Virus record (IMG/VR): IMGVR_UViG_3300031673_000039
Coordinates: 1 to 61,707 of that record
Length of the DNA stretch: 61,707 nucleotides
Direction: 5' to 3' (one strand)
DNA from: a virus
The notes under the pieces were generated by a model. The model ran no database searches and was not told the origin of the DNA. It saw nothing but the letters and a program-made list of their open reading frames with translations. The position numbers were made by a program, and so were the translations under genes. Shown here piece after piece: positions 61,136-61,707 of the stretch. The stretch's first letter is position 1; each line of letters starts with the position of its first letter.

Positions 61136-61324
61136 TTATGCCCCGCACGACTCGCGGAGCTCTTTTGCTGGGTCGAACATGTATCCAACAAATATTTCTC
61201 GCCCATCATCGACGGAAATATGAATTCCGTCGTCGTCAGTTGTGTAGCTAAATCCAGCGCCATACTCTTCGCAGAGCGTGGCGAGTTTTAGCAAAAATTC
61301 TTTATCAAGTTCATTTTCAATCAT
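61136..61324 (-). CDS. Hypothetical acidic protein (62 aa)
   Basis: Start at MIENELDKEF, downstream of the pentapeptide gene stop. Confidence 0.45.
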   Translation of the reverse strand: MIENELDKEFLLKLATLCEEYGAGFSYTTDDDGIHISVDDGREIFVGYMFDPAKELRESCGA

Positions 61325-61349
61325 TGTTTTTTCTCTTTTGCTATTGCTA

Positions 61350-61707
61350 CTAGGATTCCAGCGCGATGGAAATAATGTGCTTTTTCCATTTGGCCCAAAA
61401 CTCTGATGCGCCAACAGCCATTGATTTGATTTTTTCATCATCAAAAGCAAGCCAATCCTGCTTTGAGTGCAATTGACAGCCGATCTTGATATGCGTCTTG
61501 AAAATATAAACAGGCCATTCAGCGCCAATCAAAAACAGTGGTTTTGCGCCAATCTCTACCCCTTCGCCATAGGTGGCACCGGCAAGGTTGGCGCCGGCAA
61601 GGTTGGCACGGTCAAGGTTGGCACGGTCAAGGTTGGCGCCGGCAAGGTAGGCACTGATAAGGTAGGCACTGACAAGGTTGGCGCCGGCAAGGTTGGCACC
61701 GTCAAGG
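61350..61707 (-). CDS. Pentapeptide-repeat protein, C-terminal part (continuation of 1..530)
   Basis: The frame is open to the window end. Repeats [10 protein letters not shown] run into ATYGEGVEIGAKPLFLIGAEWPVYIFKTHIKIGCQLHSKQDWLAFDDEKIKSMAVGASEFWAKWKKHIISIALES and a stop at 61350-61352. Confidence 0.8.
   Translation of the reverse strand, partial: LDGANLAGANLVSAYLISAYLAGANLDRANLDRANLAGANLAGATYGEGVEIGAKPLFLIGAEWPVYIFKTHIKIGCQLHSKQDWLAFDDEKIKSMAVGASEFWAKWKKHIISIALES
61633..61707. repeat. 75-nt exact copy of nt 1-75 (circular-assembly overlap)
   Basis: Identical strings at both window ends. Merging them keeps the pentapeptide ORF in frame. Confidence 0.85.

Overview
The window is a complete, circularly closed genome of a GC-rich temperate tailed phage. 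Nt 1-75 are identical to nt 61633-61707, so the unique length is 61,632 nt. There is no tape-measure or sheath gene and there are very large internal virion proteins, so the morphology is probably podovirus-like.

Layout: the plus strand from 6.5 to 37.2 kb holds the late module. In order it encodes terS, an intein-containing terL, portal, scaffold, major capsid, head/neck proteins, an embedded lysis cassette (M15 endolysin, holin), tail and fibre-like proteins, an 833-aa internal protein and a 2275-aa internal protein. At 37.2-37.5 kb lies an attP-like site built around the 3' end of a tRNA-Ser, next to a tyrosine integrase and an Xis-like gene. The rest of the genome (37.5-61.7 kb, wrapping to 0-6.5 kb) is a densely packed minus-strand early/replication module. 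It encodes an HU-like protein, ATP-dependent ligase, a DUF932-like protein, DnaQ-like exonuclease, family-B DNA polymerase, SNF2 helicase, Cas4/RecB-like nuclease, a Lar-like protein, a pentapeptide-repeat protein, an AEP-primase/SF3-helicase and many small ORFs joined by ATGA/GTGA overlaps.

Most unusual observations:
1. The terL intein carries its HNH endonuclease gene in a different reading frame, while the terL frame stays open across it.
2. The locus at 56.1-57.0 kb has a 40-unit CCNGCT array open in six frames, an acidic (Glu-X)40 ORF whose last 13 residues copy the C-terminus of the neighbouring Cas4-like nuclease with mostly synonymous differences, and a 516-nt ORF-free segment with an 18-bp perfect inverted repeat.
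3. A roughly 22-nt motif (CTCTGACACAATCTGATA-like) recurs upstream of gene blocks on both strands.
4. A 115-nt junction module is duplicated, giving two unrelated zinc-ribbon genes (one Lar-like) the same leader and first 24 codons.
5. A pentapeptide-repeat gene spans the assembly junction.

All functional calls rest on motifs read by eye. No database search was run.
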